A DNA stretch of 63,775 nucleotides, the filler included, from Octopus bimaculoides (Eukaryota), in NCBI RefSeq assembly GCF_001194135.2. It is 7 parts of 6 records of this genome, joined end to end, with 100 filler letters (N's around TTAATTAATTAA, not from the genome) between each part and the next. Parts side by side here need not be neighbours in the genome. Positions count along the whole stretch, not along the records: positions 47,797 to 56,962 come from NC_068982.1; positions 57,063 to 62,332 come from NW_026392784.1; 5 more parts are not named here. The stretch is one strand, 5' to 3'. A program made the translations under genes and the position numbers. This document shows, piece after piece, positions 50,750 to 61,865 of the stretch; the stretch's first letter is position 1; each line of letters opens with the position of its first letter. Under the pieces are notes generated by a model. The model was not told the origin of the DNA. It was given only the letters and a program-made list of their open reading frames with translations, and did not search any database.

Positions 50750-51137
50750 TTCTTTTACTTGTTTCAGTCATTTGACTGCGGCCATGCTGGAGCACCACCT
50801 TTAGTCGAGCAAATCGAATCCAGGACTTATTCTTTGTAAGCCTAGTACTTATTCTATTGGTCTATTTTGCTGAACTGCTAAGTTATGGGGATGTAAACAC
50901 ACCAACATTGGTTGTCAAGTGATGTCAGGGGGACAAACAAAGATACACAAACATACACACGAACACACACATATATATACGACAGGCGTCTTTCAGTTTT
51001 CATCTACCAAATCCACTCACACGGCTTTAGTCGGCCCGAGGCTATAGTAGAAGACACTTGCCCAAGGTACCACGCAGTGGCACTGAACCCAGAACCATGC
51101 AGTTGGTAAGCAAGCTACTTACCACACAGCCACTCCT
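50750..51137 (-). mobile_element. SINE family B, full length
   Basis: Reverse complement of the 51871-52270 structure: head, internal TA/TG microsatellite, stem-loop tail. Confidence 0.85.
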
Positions 51138-51439
51138 AAGCAATATATTATAAAACTTATATAAAAATCATTGGCTGAATAAGTGTTACTTTAAAATGCT
51201 CAAATAATATTATTGCAATGTTTCGCTTTAAACAGGCTTCACTGTAGTTTTCCACTTATTTGTTTTGAAATTATTCTCAAAATTAATGAGATTATTCACA
51301 GAATGAAATGAAGGACTGCTGCACATATTTTGTATATGAGAATTATATTTCTGAATATTTCTGTTTCCTTTCATATTCTAATTTTTTTCACAGATGCACT
51401 TGTGCCTACAAAACAAAATGGTTTTATGGAAACAATAAA

Positions 51440-51660
51440 TATTGCTTTCAAATTTTGGCACAAGGCCAGCAATTTTAAGGGAGGGGTTAAGTCAATTATA
51501 CACCAACCCCAATGTTCAACTGGTACTTATTTTATCAACCCTGAAAGGATGAAATGCAAAGTCTATCTAGGCAGAATTTGAGCTCAGAACATAAAGACGG
51601 ATGGATAAAATAAAGTTAAACATTTTGCCTGGCATGCTAACAAAACTGCCCGTTCACCAT
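51440..51660 (-). mobile_element. SINE family A, degenerate
   Basis: CTGGTACTTATTTTATCAACCCTGAAAGGATGAAATGCAAAGTC...AATTTGAGCTCAGAAC. Confidence 0.7.
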
Positions 51661-51870
51661 TTTATGTAAAGAATAAATATTAATCAAATGGCAATTTTGT
51701 TCCCTTTTCTTCCTAACAAATGAGAGTACAGGAGCGGATCTCATGTACATTATTATACTCTACCTAATCACTCATTACAGTATTTCATACTCCACTGAGC
51801 CAGTCCCATCCCATAACTTCCAGTCCTGTAACTAGAACACAGAGCCATTCTTACTGTATAGTAAGTAATA

Positions 51871-52270
51871 GGCACAGGAGTGGCTGTGTGGTAAGTAGCT
51901 TGCTTACCAACCACATGGTTCTGGGGTTCAGTGCCACAGTGTGGCACCTCAGGCAAGTGTCTTCTACTATAGCCTCGGACCAACCAAAGCCTTGTGAGTA
52001 GATTTGGTAGACGGAAACTGAAAGAAGCCCGTCGTATATATATGTATGCATTTGTGTGCCTGTGTTTGCCCCCCCCCCCACGCACTATCGCTTGACAACT
52101 GATGTTGGTGTGTTTACGTCCCCGTAACCTAGTGGTTCAGCAAAATACGCCAATAGAATAAGTACTAGGCTTACAAAAAATTAGTCCTGGGGTCGATTTA
52201 TTTGGCTGAAAGGTGGTGCTCCAGCATGGCCGCAGTCAAATGACTGAAACAAGTAAAAAAACAAAAGAAT
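51871..52270 (+). mobile_element. SINE family B, full length (tRNA head, internal microsatellite, LINE-like tail)
   Basis: Box-A-like TGGCTGTGTGG, box-B-like GGTTCAGTGCC, middle (TA)/(TG) tract, tail AAAGGTGGTGCTCCAGCATGGCCGCAGTCAAATGACTGAAACAAGTAAAAAA. Confidence 0.85.
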
Positions 52271-53231
52271 AAAAGAATAAATGAATAAAAGAATATAAAT
52301 TTATCCAGATTATGTGTTTTATTATGGGAACATAATAAAATATGCATGCTTAATTATAATAAATAATCACGTTAATTTATATTGATGATTTTATATTATC
52401 AATACGAATTTATAATTAATGTATATTGATATTAACTTGACAAAAGATTGGTTAAAGTAAATATGCTTGTGTTGATGGATTTTGAGCATAAAAAAATAAG
52501 GAGAAAATAACTTGAAATTTGAGAAGCAGGCATGTGCTGATCCCTATTTCTGTGTATCCTCCATTCCCATTACTGATTAATGCATCGATGTGGGTTTAAG
52601 TGGAAAGAGAGGGGGAGGGAGAAAGAGGGCGGAGGGAGAGAGGATCAGAGAGAGAGAGACAGACAGAAAGACAGATACAGAGACAGAGAGACAGTGTTGG
52701 GTTGTCTTTGGGATGTGAATTGTGTGTCAAGTACACAGCTTTCCCTAAATGTAGATCAGTATGAGCATGAATGAGAAGTGCAATCATATACGATGTATAA
52801 CAGGGTCACCATGCAACCATCTTCGAGGTGTAACCATCACACTACCACCTGAGTAGTCATTGCACCAACCCTGTCATTGACTGAGGTCCTTATTTCCCAA
52901 TGATCAATTCTTTCTAGCTCTTTTTTTCGCTTTATGTAGTGTATTTGACTGGAGTCCTGTTCCAAGCTGCAATTCGTTTTCCATCTGTTTTACAGCAAAG
53001 ACACAAGATAAACTCCAGCTCTGTCAACTGCAAAAGACCACAAATGAAAACATAAAGTATTGACGGTTGAGTTGTCTTTTACCCACAAATGATAATCTTG
53101 TTTTGTCACAGTGTTGGCTGCAATCATAACAGTTAATTCTTCTCTGAAATATTCGAGTAATATGACGAATTATGAACAGAGGTGGTGAGGATTTATGTAA
53201 TGGTCATAAGTAATGAGTATTAATCCATTTA

Positions 53232-53615
53232 GTTCACTTGAAATATATTTAAGGCATATGGTCTAGTGGTTAGAGAGTTGCACTCACGAAGGGCATTCAG
53301 CTGCAAAAATCATGCCAGATCAGACTGGAGTCTGGGTTCAATTCCCATACTGAGCAGCACATTGCATTCTTGAGTAAAATACTTCATTTCATGTAGATCC
53401 ATACCGGATCAATTCCCAGACTGGGAATTGATCCCAGACTGAACAGCACATTCTGTTCTTGAGCAAAATACTTCATTTCATGTAGATCCAGTTCACCCAC
53501 CTGTAAATGGGTTCACCTAACCAGTGGAGTGGCATCATTTGAAAGCTAAAATAATGCAAAGCACATCATGACCAGCGATGTATAACAATATTTGATCAGT
53601 CACGATCATGTGATG
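53232..53615 (+). mobile_element. Family-C-like SINE with internal duplication and embedded family F fragment
   Basis: Head GCATATGGTCTAGTGGTTAG; F fragment GAAGGGCATTCAGCTG...ATCAGACTGG (53289-53330); duplicated block 53337-53401 / 53424-53489. Confidence 0.6.
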
Positions 53616-53712
53616 TTTAATATCTGAATATCAGTGTTATTGAATAAAACTTGATATAGTGGAGGGACCCCAACTTTTTGTTTAATTCCGTGAATGTTTT
53701 CCGTTAAGTACA

Positions 53713-54098
53713 CACTGTGGCTGAGAAGCTTGCTTCCCAAACATGTGGTCTTGTGTTCAATCCCACTGCACAGCACCTTGGGCAATGCTTTGTGAGTGGA
53801 TTTGCTTGATGGAAACTGGAAGAAGCCTGTCATAAAGATGTGTGTGTATGTGTGTGTGTGTTTGTGTGTGTACCTTCCCTTATCTTGAGATCACATGATG
53901 GTTGCAAATGAGCATCAGTGTAATACAAACAATGTTGTTCTTTTCCATTCATCTGTAAAACACATGTCTGGCCATGAGGAAATATTAACTTACCTGAAAA
54001 GAGATGAATGTTGGTGACAGGAAGAGCATCTGGGTGTAGAAAATCTGCCTCAACAAAATTCTGCTTAACCTCTACGGACATGGGAAAGTGGACATTAA

Positions 54099-54128
<30 letters not shown>
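53713..54128 (+). mobile_element. Chimeric SINE: family B head with a different body and an F-like (GAT)n tail
   Basis: Head CTGTGGCTGAGAAGCTTGCTTCCC...GGAAACTGGAAGAAGCCTGTC; tail GGAAGAGCATCTGGGTGTAGAAAAT...GGACATTAAAT(GAT)n. Confidence 0.55.
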
Positions 54129-54129
<1 letters not shown>

Positions 54130-54149
54130 CAACATTATTATTATTGGCA

Positions 54150-54319
54150 TGTAATAAACATCCAGCACACTCTGTAAAGTGGTTGGCATTAGGAAAGGCA
54201 TCCAATGGTAGAAACCATGTCAAAACAGGCAATGGAGTTAGGACAGCTTCTGGCTGGCCAACTCCTTTCAAACTGTTGAACCCATGACAGCATGGAAAAC
54301 AGATGTTAAACAATGATGA

Positions 54320-54357
<38 letters not shown>

Positions 54358-54373
54358 GTGATGGTGATGGTGG

Positions 54374-54426
<53 letters not shown>
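54150..54426 (+). mobile_element. SINE family F with (GAT)n tail
   Basis: GGTTGGCATTAGGAAAGGCATCCAATGGTAGAAACC...CAGCATGGAAAACAGATGTTAAACAAT(GAT)n; homolog at 56555-56705. Confidence 0.7.
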
Positions 54427-55519
54427 TACTTATTATTTCTATTATCATTGTCATTATTATTATCCTTTACAGACCTGGTGAGTTATAATAACGAAAGGAT
54501 GATATAAATAATCTTGGTTGAAAACTTAGAATTAATCTCAGAATAGTTGTATTCAAAAATTTGGTTAGTGTCAAAAAAAAAAAAAAATCCCTGTGACATC
54601 TGAAATCTGATAAAGGATTGCTGTGTAGTAACTATTAAAAGATGTTCGATAGAATTTGTCTAAAGATATCTCGGAAATAACAATGTTAACATGGAGAAGC
54701 TCAGTTGTAATCTCTGAGGAAAATTGGTCAGAACAAGAGATATCTATGTGTTCACCGCTAAAGAATCATAAATCTATACGTTTATGAATATGTAATCGTT
54801 TCCAAAGGTAGATTCTATGATAAACAGTGGTCGTATTTTTGTATTATTGTAATACATTTTTTCTGAATATTTCATTTCCCTGATGTTTAGCATCAAGTTG
54901 CTATAAAAGAGCTGGTTAAAAGTTTCACTATGTTTATAATGGAAAGCCATCCATATTGGTTTAAGAGCAATTAATATGACAAAGTTATTTCAAAGAATCC
55001 AAGAAACTTTTTCTGCATGACAACAAGATAATTGGTAGTTATCCCTGTCAAGGTAGAAACGCAATAAAATTTCTTCGGGTTGTGGAGAAGTATAAGTTTC
55101 TTTTGATCAATAAAAATCAATTTTGTTTAGTTTTGTCCATTATGATATTCAGATACTATATTTAGAATGGGAAAATATTGACAAAAACTTCACTTGCAAG
55201 GCATAAAAGAGAGATAATGAAGGAAGCAGTATGGTTTGTTTTTGATTAGGTGAATCAGACAAAAAAATTAGCTGACAAATAAACTTGTTCACTTTTTGGC
55301 AGGATTTATAATGACACCAGGTCATAATATGTGCTGCCAAAGCCACATCGGTGGCTTACTATCAATTCCCTCCAGATGTAACTGTATCAATTATTTTGTT
55401 ATTAGCTCTTAGAGGCTTAAATATCGTAACTCCCTACTCCAAAAGACAGTAAAGTTCATAACCTATTTATCATGCGAACCCAACAAATTAGCATATCACA
55501 CTTGTGTAACTGATATATA

Positions 55520-55848
55520 AGACCCCCTTCGGTCATGACTGATCATGAGTTTGCACCTAGGAAGTTCCCCTCCGAGGCACAAGTCTGGGCAAGGTTGTTT
55601 ATGGAAGACCAGCAGTCGCCCATGCATACCGGCCTCCCCTCTCCACACCTCCAGTGTTATCCAAGGGAAAGGCAAAGGGGCCGATACAGCTTGGCACCTG
55701 TGACGTCGCAACTCGTTTATACAGCTGAGTGAACTGGTGCAACGTGAAATAAAGTATCTTGCTCAAAACACAACACGGAGCCCAGGATTCGAACTCACAA
55801 TCTCACGATCGTAAGCTCGACACTCTAACAACTGATCCATGCACCTTC
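55520..55848 (-). mobile_element. SINE family C, full length with 11-bp TSD
   Basis: ACTGATATATA at 55509-55519 and 55849-55859; box-B-like GTTCGAATCC on minus. Confidence 0.85.
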
Positions 55849-55860
55849 ACTGATATATAT

Positions 55861-56080
55861 AAAGAATAAAAAGTTTTGAGTGATACAAAAATGCACTATA
55901 ATAGAAACAATGGTCTATATACCTGTTGTAATTTAGTCATCCATAGTCTGATAATATTTTGGAATAAAATTCCTTCTTAAGATATATTATCAGACTATGG
56001 ATGACTAAATTACAACAGGTATATAGTCCATTGTTTGTATTATAGTGCATTGTTGTACCATTCAAAACTTTTTATTCTTT
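55861..56080. repeat. 220-bp palindrome (~97-bp arms, ~25-bp spacer)
   Basis: ...ATACCTGTTGTAATTTAGTCATCCATAGTCTGATAATAT is the inverse of ATATTATCAGACTATGGATGACTAAATTACAACAGGTAT..., extending to AAAGAATAAAAAG / CTTTTTATTCTTT. Confidence 0.9.
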
Positions 56081-56300
56081 ACAAACAATACACAATGCTT
56101 CAAGCAAACTACAATACTCTCTCCATATATATATATATACATATATTCACAAGAGTTAAAGAATGGAATAGATAAGATCCGGGCTACATTTGTTTCATAG
56201 CAGAACCTCTTGGAATGGTTGGCATTAAGAAGGGCATCCAGCCGTAGAAACCATACCAAATCAGACTGGNNNNNNNNNNNNNNTATATATATATATATAA

Positions 56301-56465
56301 TTTTTTTTTTCTCCGTGTTTTTCTCCTTGTCTCCGTATTCTTTCTGTTGAAGAGCGTAGCTCGAAACGTCAAAGACTTTCCGTATTCCCGAGCGTCATAC
56401 TAATATATACTTTTGTTATTTACACCACCTGTCCTCGTCTGTTGTTATTTTTTGTATATTCTCCC
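56301..56465 (+). mobile_element. Family D HHR-bearing short repeat, TA runs on both sides
   Basis: TCTTT-CTGTTGA-A-GAGC(GTA)GCTC-GAAAC-GTC-AAAGA at 56339-56375. Confidence 0.8.
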
Positions 56466-56554
56466 ATATATATATATATATATACATATATTCACAAGAG
56501 TTAAAGAATGGAATAGATAAGATCCGGGCTACATTTGTTTCATAGCAGAACCTC

Positions 56555-56705
56555 TTGGAATGGTTGGCATTAAGAAGGGCATCCAGCCGTAGAAACCATA
56601 CCAAATCAGACTGGGGTTTGGTGCAGCCTTCCAGCTTGACAGCTCTTGTCAAACCGCCCAAACCATTCTAGCATGGATAATGAACATTAAATGATGTTGA
56701 TGATG
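56555..56705 (+). mobile_element. SINE family F
   Basis: GGTTGGCATTAAGAAGGGCATCCAGCCGTAGAAACC...GCATGGATAATGAACATTAAATGATG. Confidence 0.7.
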
Positions 56706-57065
56706 ATATATTATATATATATATATATATAAATGTAAGATCCAAGGCTCAAGGTGTAGGAAGAAAGTTAGCTTCAAGCAATCCATAGTGAATATAAAAA
56801 AACATGTACCTCCTTGCAGCAATGTAAAGATCGTTTAATCAAGGTACCTTTGGCCTGACGAGTAGCCTACAGTATGCACCTTGCTTGGATATTTACCACT
56901 TTTCAGGTTCCCCTCTCTATGAAACATATGTAGCTCAGAACTACTCATTATCTACTCCATTCNNNNNNNNNNNNNNNNNNNNNNNNNNNNNNNNNNNNNN
57001 NNNNNNTTAATTAATTAANNNNNNNNNNNNNNNNNNNNNNNNNNNNNNNNNNNNNNNNNNNNGAC

Positions 57066-57381
57066 TGTGATGGTCATGATGATGATGATGATGATGATGA
57101 TAATGACGGTGGTCGTCGCCGTAGTTGTGGTCGTGGTGGTCGTGGTGCTGTTGACTATGACGATGAGGACAACGAGGATGAAGAAGAAGAAGAAGAAGAA
57201 GAAGAAGAAGAAGAAGAAGAAGAAGAAGAAGAAGAAGAAGAAGAAGAAGAAGAAGAAGAAGAAGAAGAAGAAGAAGAAGAAGAAGAAGAAGAAGAAGAAG
57301 AAGAATGAGAAGAAGAATGAGAAGAAGAATGAGAAGAATGAGAAGAAGAAGAAGAAGAAGAAGAAGAAGAAGAAGAAGAAG

Positions 57382-57415
<34 letters not shown>

Positions 57416-57500
57416 TCAACAGCAACACCAACAACAACAACAGCAGCAACACCAACAACAACTACAAGAATGGTAGTACTGGTGGTGATGGCGGTGGTGA
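57066..57500. repeat. Compound trinucleotide microsatellite (GAT/GTC/GAA/AAC)
   Basis: Direct reading; long pure (GAA)n at 57180-57380. Confidence 0.95.
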
Positions 57501-58195
57501 AGGAGACAAAGGAAAAGAATGACCGCTAATGTCTTGTGTGTTAACTGAACTCCTGAAAGATTAACAGAACTAGAGAACAAAAGAATGAAATAATATTGCG
57601 TGATTCTGTTATACCTGTTCGGTAATAATTTCTCCATTTGTCTCATAAAATGCTTCACAATATTTGTTCAGCATACACAATGAAGACAAATGTCGTATTA
57701 TTAGTTGCGGTTGTGTGTGTATGTGTGTATCTCTTGCGAATGAATGTGAGTGTTTGTATGTGTACTTTTGTGTGTGAATGAGTGTGTATATTTTTGGTGT
57801 GATTGTGTGCATGTTGTTTTCTGTGTGGGAATATGTGTAGTTCTGTGTGTATGTGTGTGCCTGATGTATTTAAGTGGAATCTGTATGTAGGGTTTTATAT
57901 ATATATATATACAGATATGTGTGTGTGTGTCTAAGTATGTATTTCTATGTGTGAGAGAGTATGTGTGTATGTATGAATGTTCGTGTGTGTGTGTGCGTGC
58001 GCGTGAGTCTTTATTTATATGTGTTTGTATGTGAATGTTTACGTGTGTGTTTATGTGTATGTAAAGTTGTGTGTGTGAATAGTAATTTGTAGTTGTGTGT
58101 GTGAGTGTGTGTTTGTATACACGCGGTATATTGTGTGTTTTTTAGAGGGCTTACCGCATACATGTGAGCGTAAACTGTCTCAATGGAGATTATAA

Positions 58196-58587
58196 CTATT
58201 CCTTTCTATTATACTAACAAGGCCTGAAATTTGTGGGAGAGGGATAGTCGATTGCATCGACCCCAGTACTCAGCCGGTACTTAATTTATCGACCCTAAAA
58301 GGACGAAAGGCAAAGTCAACCTCGGTGGAATTTGAACTCAGTATGTAGTGGCACACGAAATGGAGAGTATAGTTATTTCTACTGGAAGCACAAGGCCTCA
58401 AATTTGGGGGAAGGAATTAAGTCGATTATATCGACCCCAGTGCATAACTGGTACTTATTTAATCGACACCGAAAGGATGAAAGGCAAAGTTGACCTCGGC
58501 GGAATTTGAACTCAGAAAATAGCAGCAGACGAAATACTGCTATGCATTTCTCCCGGCGTGCTAACGATTCTGCCAGATCGCCGCCTT
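58196..58587 (-). mobile_element. Two tandem SINE A copies (truncated 58196-58358; full 58373-58587)
   Basis: Both contain AAAGGCAAAGT.ACCTCGG.GGAATTTGAACTCAG; separated and flanked by three copies of a TSD-like motif. Confidence 0.85.
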
Positions 58588-59743
58588 CTCAATGGAGAGT
58601 ATAATGTTGGTGAATACTATACGCTATGTATTTTCTGCATGACACATAACTGTCTCTCTGACTCCCTCTTTCTTTTCCTCNNNNNNNNNNNNNNNNNNNN
58701 NNNNNNNNNNNNNNNNNNNNNNNNNNNNNNNNNNNNNNNNNNNNNNNNNNNNNNNNNNNNNNNNNNNNNNNNNNNNNNNNNNNNNNNNNNNNNNNNNNNN
58801 NNNNNNNNNNNNNNNNNNNNNNNNNNNNNNNNNNNNNNNNNNNNNNNNNNNNNNNNNNNNNNNNNNNNNNNNNNNNNNNNNNNNNNNNNNNNNNNNNNNN
58901 NNNNNNNNNNNNNNNNNNNNNNNNNNNNNNNNNNNNNNNNNNNNNNNNNNNNNNNNNNNNNNNNNNNNNNNNNNNNNNNNNNNNNNNNNNNNNNNNNNNN
59001 NNNNNNNNNNNNNNNNNNNNNNNNNNNNNNNNNNNNNNNNNNNNNNNNNNNNNNNNNNNNNNNNNNNNNNNNNNNNNNNNNNNNNNNNNNNNNNNNNNNN
59101 NNNNNNNNNNNNNNNNNNNNNNNNNNNNNNNNNNNNNNNNNNNNNNNNNNNNNNNNNNNNNNNNNNNNNNNNNNNNNNNNNNNNNNNNNNNNNNNNNNNN
59201 NNNNNNNNNNNNNNNNNNNNNNNNNNNNNNNNNNNNNNNNNNNNNNNNNNNNNNNNNNNNNNNNNNNNNNNNNNNNNNNNNNNNNNNNNNNNNNNNNNNN
59301 NNNNNNNNNNNNNNNNNNNNNNNNNNNNNNNNNNNNNNNNNNNNNNNNNNNNNNNNNNNNNNNNNNNNNNNNNNNNNNNNNNNNNNNNNNNNNNNNNNNN
59401 NNNNNNNNNNNNNNNNNNNNNNNNNNNNNNNNNNNNNNNNNNNNNNNNNNNNNNNNNNNNNNNNNNNNNNNNNNNNNNNNNNNNNNNNNNNNNNNNNNNN
59501 NNNNNNNNNNNNNNNNNNNNNNNNNNNNNNNNNNNNNNNNNNNNNNNNNNNNNNNNNNNNNNNNNNNNNNNNNNNNNNNNNNNNNNNNNNNNNNNNNNNN
59601 NNNNNNNNNNNAACTCATCGATGAAAATCCACTATCACATATAGAAAAATTAACAATTAAAAGCACAATAAATGAGTATAATATAAAGCAAAGTAAATAT
59701 CATAAGATGAGTTCTTGAAACTTGGTTATTTTCCCTAAAACTA

Positions 59744-59772
<29 letters not shown>

Positions 59773-59774
<2 letters not shown>

Positions 59775-59942
59775 GTTCAAAATTTATAGAAAAACAAAAG
59801 ACGAAGACAGCTGTAGGAACAACAAGCAAGTGTATTAGTTTGACGCTCAGGAAAATGGAAAACCCTTTTAGGTTTCGAGCCTACTCCCGGAAATACATAG
59901 AGAGAGAATGAAAAAAGTGTGTTGAGTTCAGTGGTCCAACAT
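59773..59942 (-). mobile_element. Family D, degenerate (HHR core partly lost)
   Basis: Same TAGTTCAAAATTTATAGA terminus and TTTGACGCTC.GG...GTTTCGAGC as 20952-21125; abuts a TA run. Confidence 0.65.
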
Positions 59943-60595
59943 ACACATGCACATACATACATAAACACACACATATAAATATATATAAGTATACTCCTGC
60001 AAGTCAACATGGGATCCCAGGCAACAATGTAGCTTTCATTTGATTAAGGCATTTTTGGCCCGATAAATAGCTAGCGGGTTACCCCTCATTCGAATAATTA
60101 CTACTTACGATATTCTGCTAGCTACGAAACATGAGTAGCCTGGATTTTATCTGCTCCATTGTCTAATTTTGAATTTCTGTTCGCATACACAGCAACCTCT
60201 GCTGCTAACCGTAAGCTATAAAACAATTTACTCAGCTTTTCGAACTTCGATACGGGAAAAATCTTAACCTTCTACGTCAATAAACCACTATTGTTCCAAA
60301 AAGTTGTTTATTATACCCCCAATGAACTGCTCCACGCGTACTATCTTCCTACAACTTAATCCTTGGATCCTATCTTTATCTTATATATATCTGTGAATGT
60401 GTGTGTCACTCGAAACACGAAGCCTGTAGGCGACAATCTACGGGCAAATAGCGATGCAGTAAAATCGAAACAAGCGAAACGGAATTTATTCAACGATATC
60501 CCTTTGGAAAAGTCACCTAAGGAGACACTTATATGCCGAAGGAGACACTTATATGCCGAAGGAGGCACCATAACTAGTTGTATATTATCACACCT

Positions 60596-61092
60596 GGATG
60601 TTTCCTGTGACTGAATAACAGTAACATTCGTCCCACCCTAGGACTGCCACATTATGTCGGCTAAAAGTCATTACTTTATGGTGTTGTTACTGTATATCTC
60701 TCTTTGAGAGATTTAAAAATAATATTTCTATTTTGTAGATCAGTGACTGTGTGTCACTTTGAAATCTATATATTTTCGACAGCAGTTCAGTAGCGACATC
60801 GAGCCAGCCAAGCTACTCCACGCTGATAAAGAGCAATGATCCAGAAACCGGTCCGTGGATGCGAGGGTGTGCTGGGTGAAGGTGAGGATCTCCTCTGTTC
60901 GAAAACATAAGGACACAGAATTTTTTGTGTCGTATAGCCAACAGAAAACGATGTTTCCTTGGACTATATAACAATAACATTCGTCCCATTCTGGAACTTC
61001 CACATTATGTTGGCAAAAAGTCATTACTTTACGGTGCTGTTATTGTGTATCTCTCTTTGAGAGATTTAAAAATAATATTTCTATTTTGTAGA
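60596..61092 (+). repeat. ~355-bp-period direct repeat (60596-60740 vs 60950-61092) running into a gap
   Basis: Shared AACATTCGTCCCA...CCACATTATGT.GGC.AAAAGTCATTACTTTA.GGTG...CTCTCTTTGAGAGATTTAAAAATAATATTTCTATTTTGTAGA. Confidence 0.85.
60818..60858 (+). ncRNA. Degenerate minimal type I hammerhead ribozyme
   Basis: CCACG-CTGATAA-AGAGCAATGATCCA-GAAAC-CG-GTC-CGTGG; perfect 5-bp stem I, G8A change, decayed stem II. Confidence 0.6.
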
Positions 61093-61828
61093 NNNNNNNN
61101 NNNNNNNNNNNNNNNNNNNNNNNNNNNNNNNNNNNNNNNNNNNNNNNNNNNNNNNNNNNNNNNNNNNNNNNNNNNNNNNNNNNNNNNNNNNNNNNNNNNN
61201 NNNNNNNNNNNNNNNNNNNNNNNNNNNNNNNNNNNNNNNNNNNNNNNNNNNNNNNNNNNNNNNNNNNNNNNNNNNNNNNNNNNNNNNNNNNNNNNNNNNN
61301 NNNNNNNNNNNNNNNNNNNNNNNNNNNNNNNNNNNNNNNNNNNNNNNNNNNNNNNNNNNNNNNNNNNNNNNNNNNNNNNNNNNNNNNNNNNNNNNNNNNN
61401 NNNNNNNNNNNNNNNNNNNNNNNNNNNNNNNNNNNNNNNNNNNNNNNNNNNNNNNNNNNNNNNNNNNNNNNNNNNNNNNNNNNNNNNNNNNNNNNNNNNN
61501 NNNNNNNNNNNNNNNNNNNNNNNNNNNNNNNNNNNNNNNNNNNNNNNNNNNNNNNNNNNNNNNNNNNNNNNNNNNNNNNNNNNNNNNNNNNNNNNNNNNN
61601 NNNNNNNNNNNNNNNNNNNNNNNNNNNNNNNNNNNNNNNNNNNNNNNNNNNNNNNNNNNNNNNNNNNNNNNNNNNNNNNNNNNNNNNNNNNNNNNNNNNN
61701 NNNNNNNNNNNNNNNNNNNNNNNNNNNNNNNNGGGGAGGAAGTAGTAGTAGTAGTAGTAGTAGTAAAAGAAGAAGAAGAAGAAAGCTGAGCAAATGAAGG
61801 AATGATAGATTGTCAGAGAAAAGGTGAT

Positions 61829-61865
<37 letters not shown>

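Noticed and set aside
52996-53070. Acceptor TTTTACAG followed by a short phase-1 frame
   Set aside because: Runs into a stop, has only a weak donor and no domain similarity.
57067-57522. 151-aa poly-M/V/K/N ORF
   Set aside because: Translation of a compound trinucleotide microsatellite; no splice or codon evidence.
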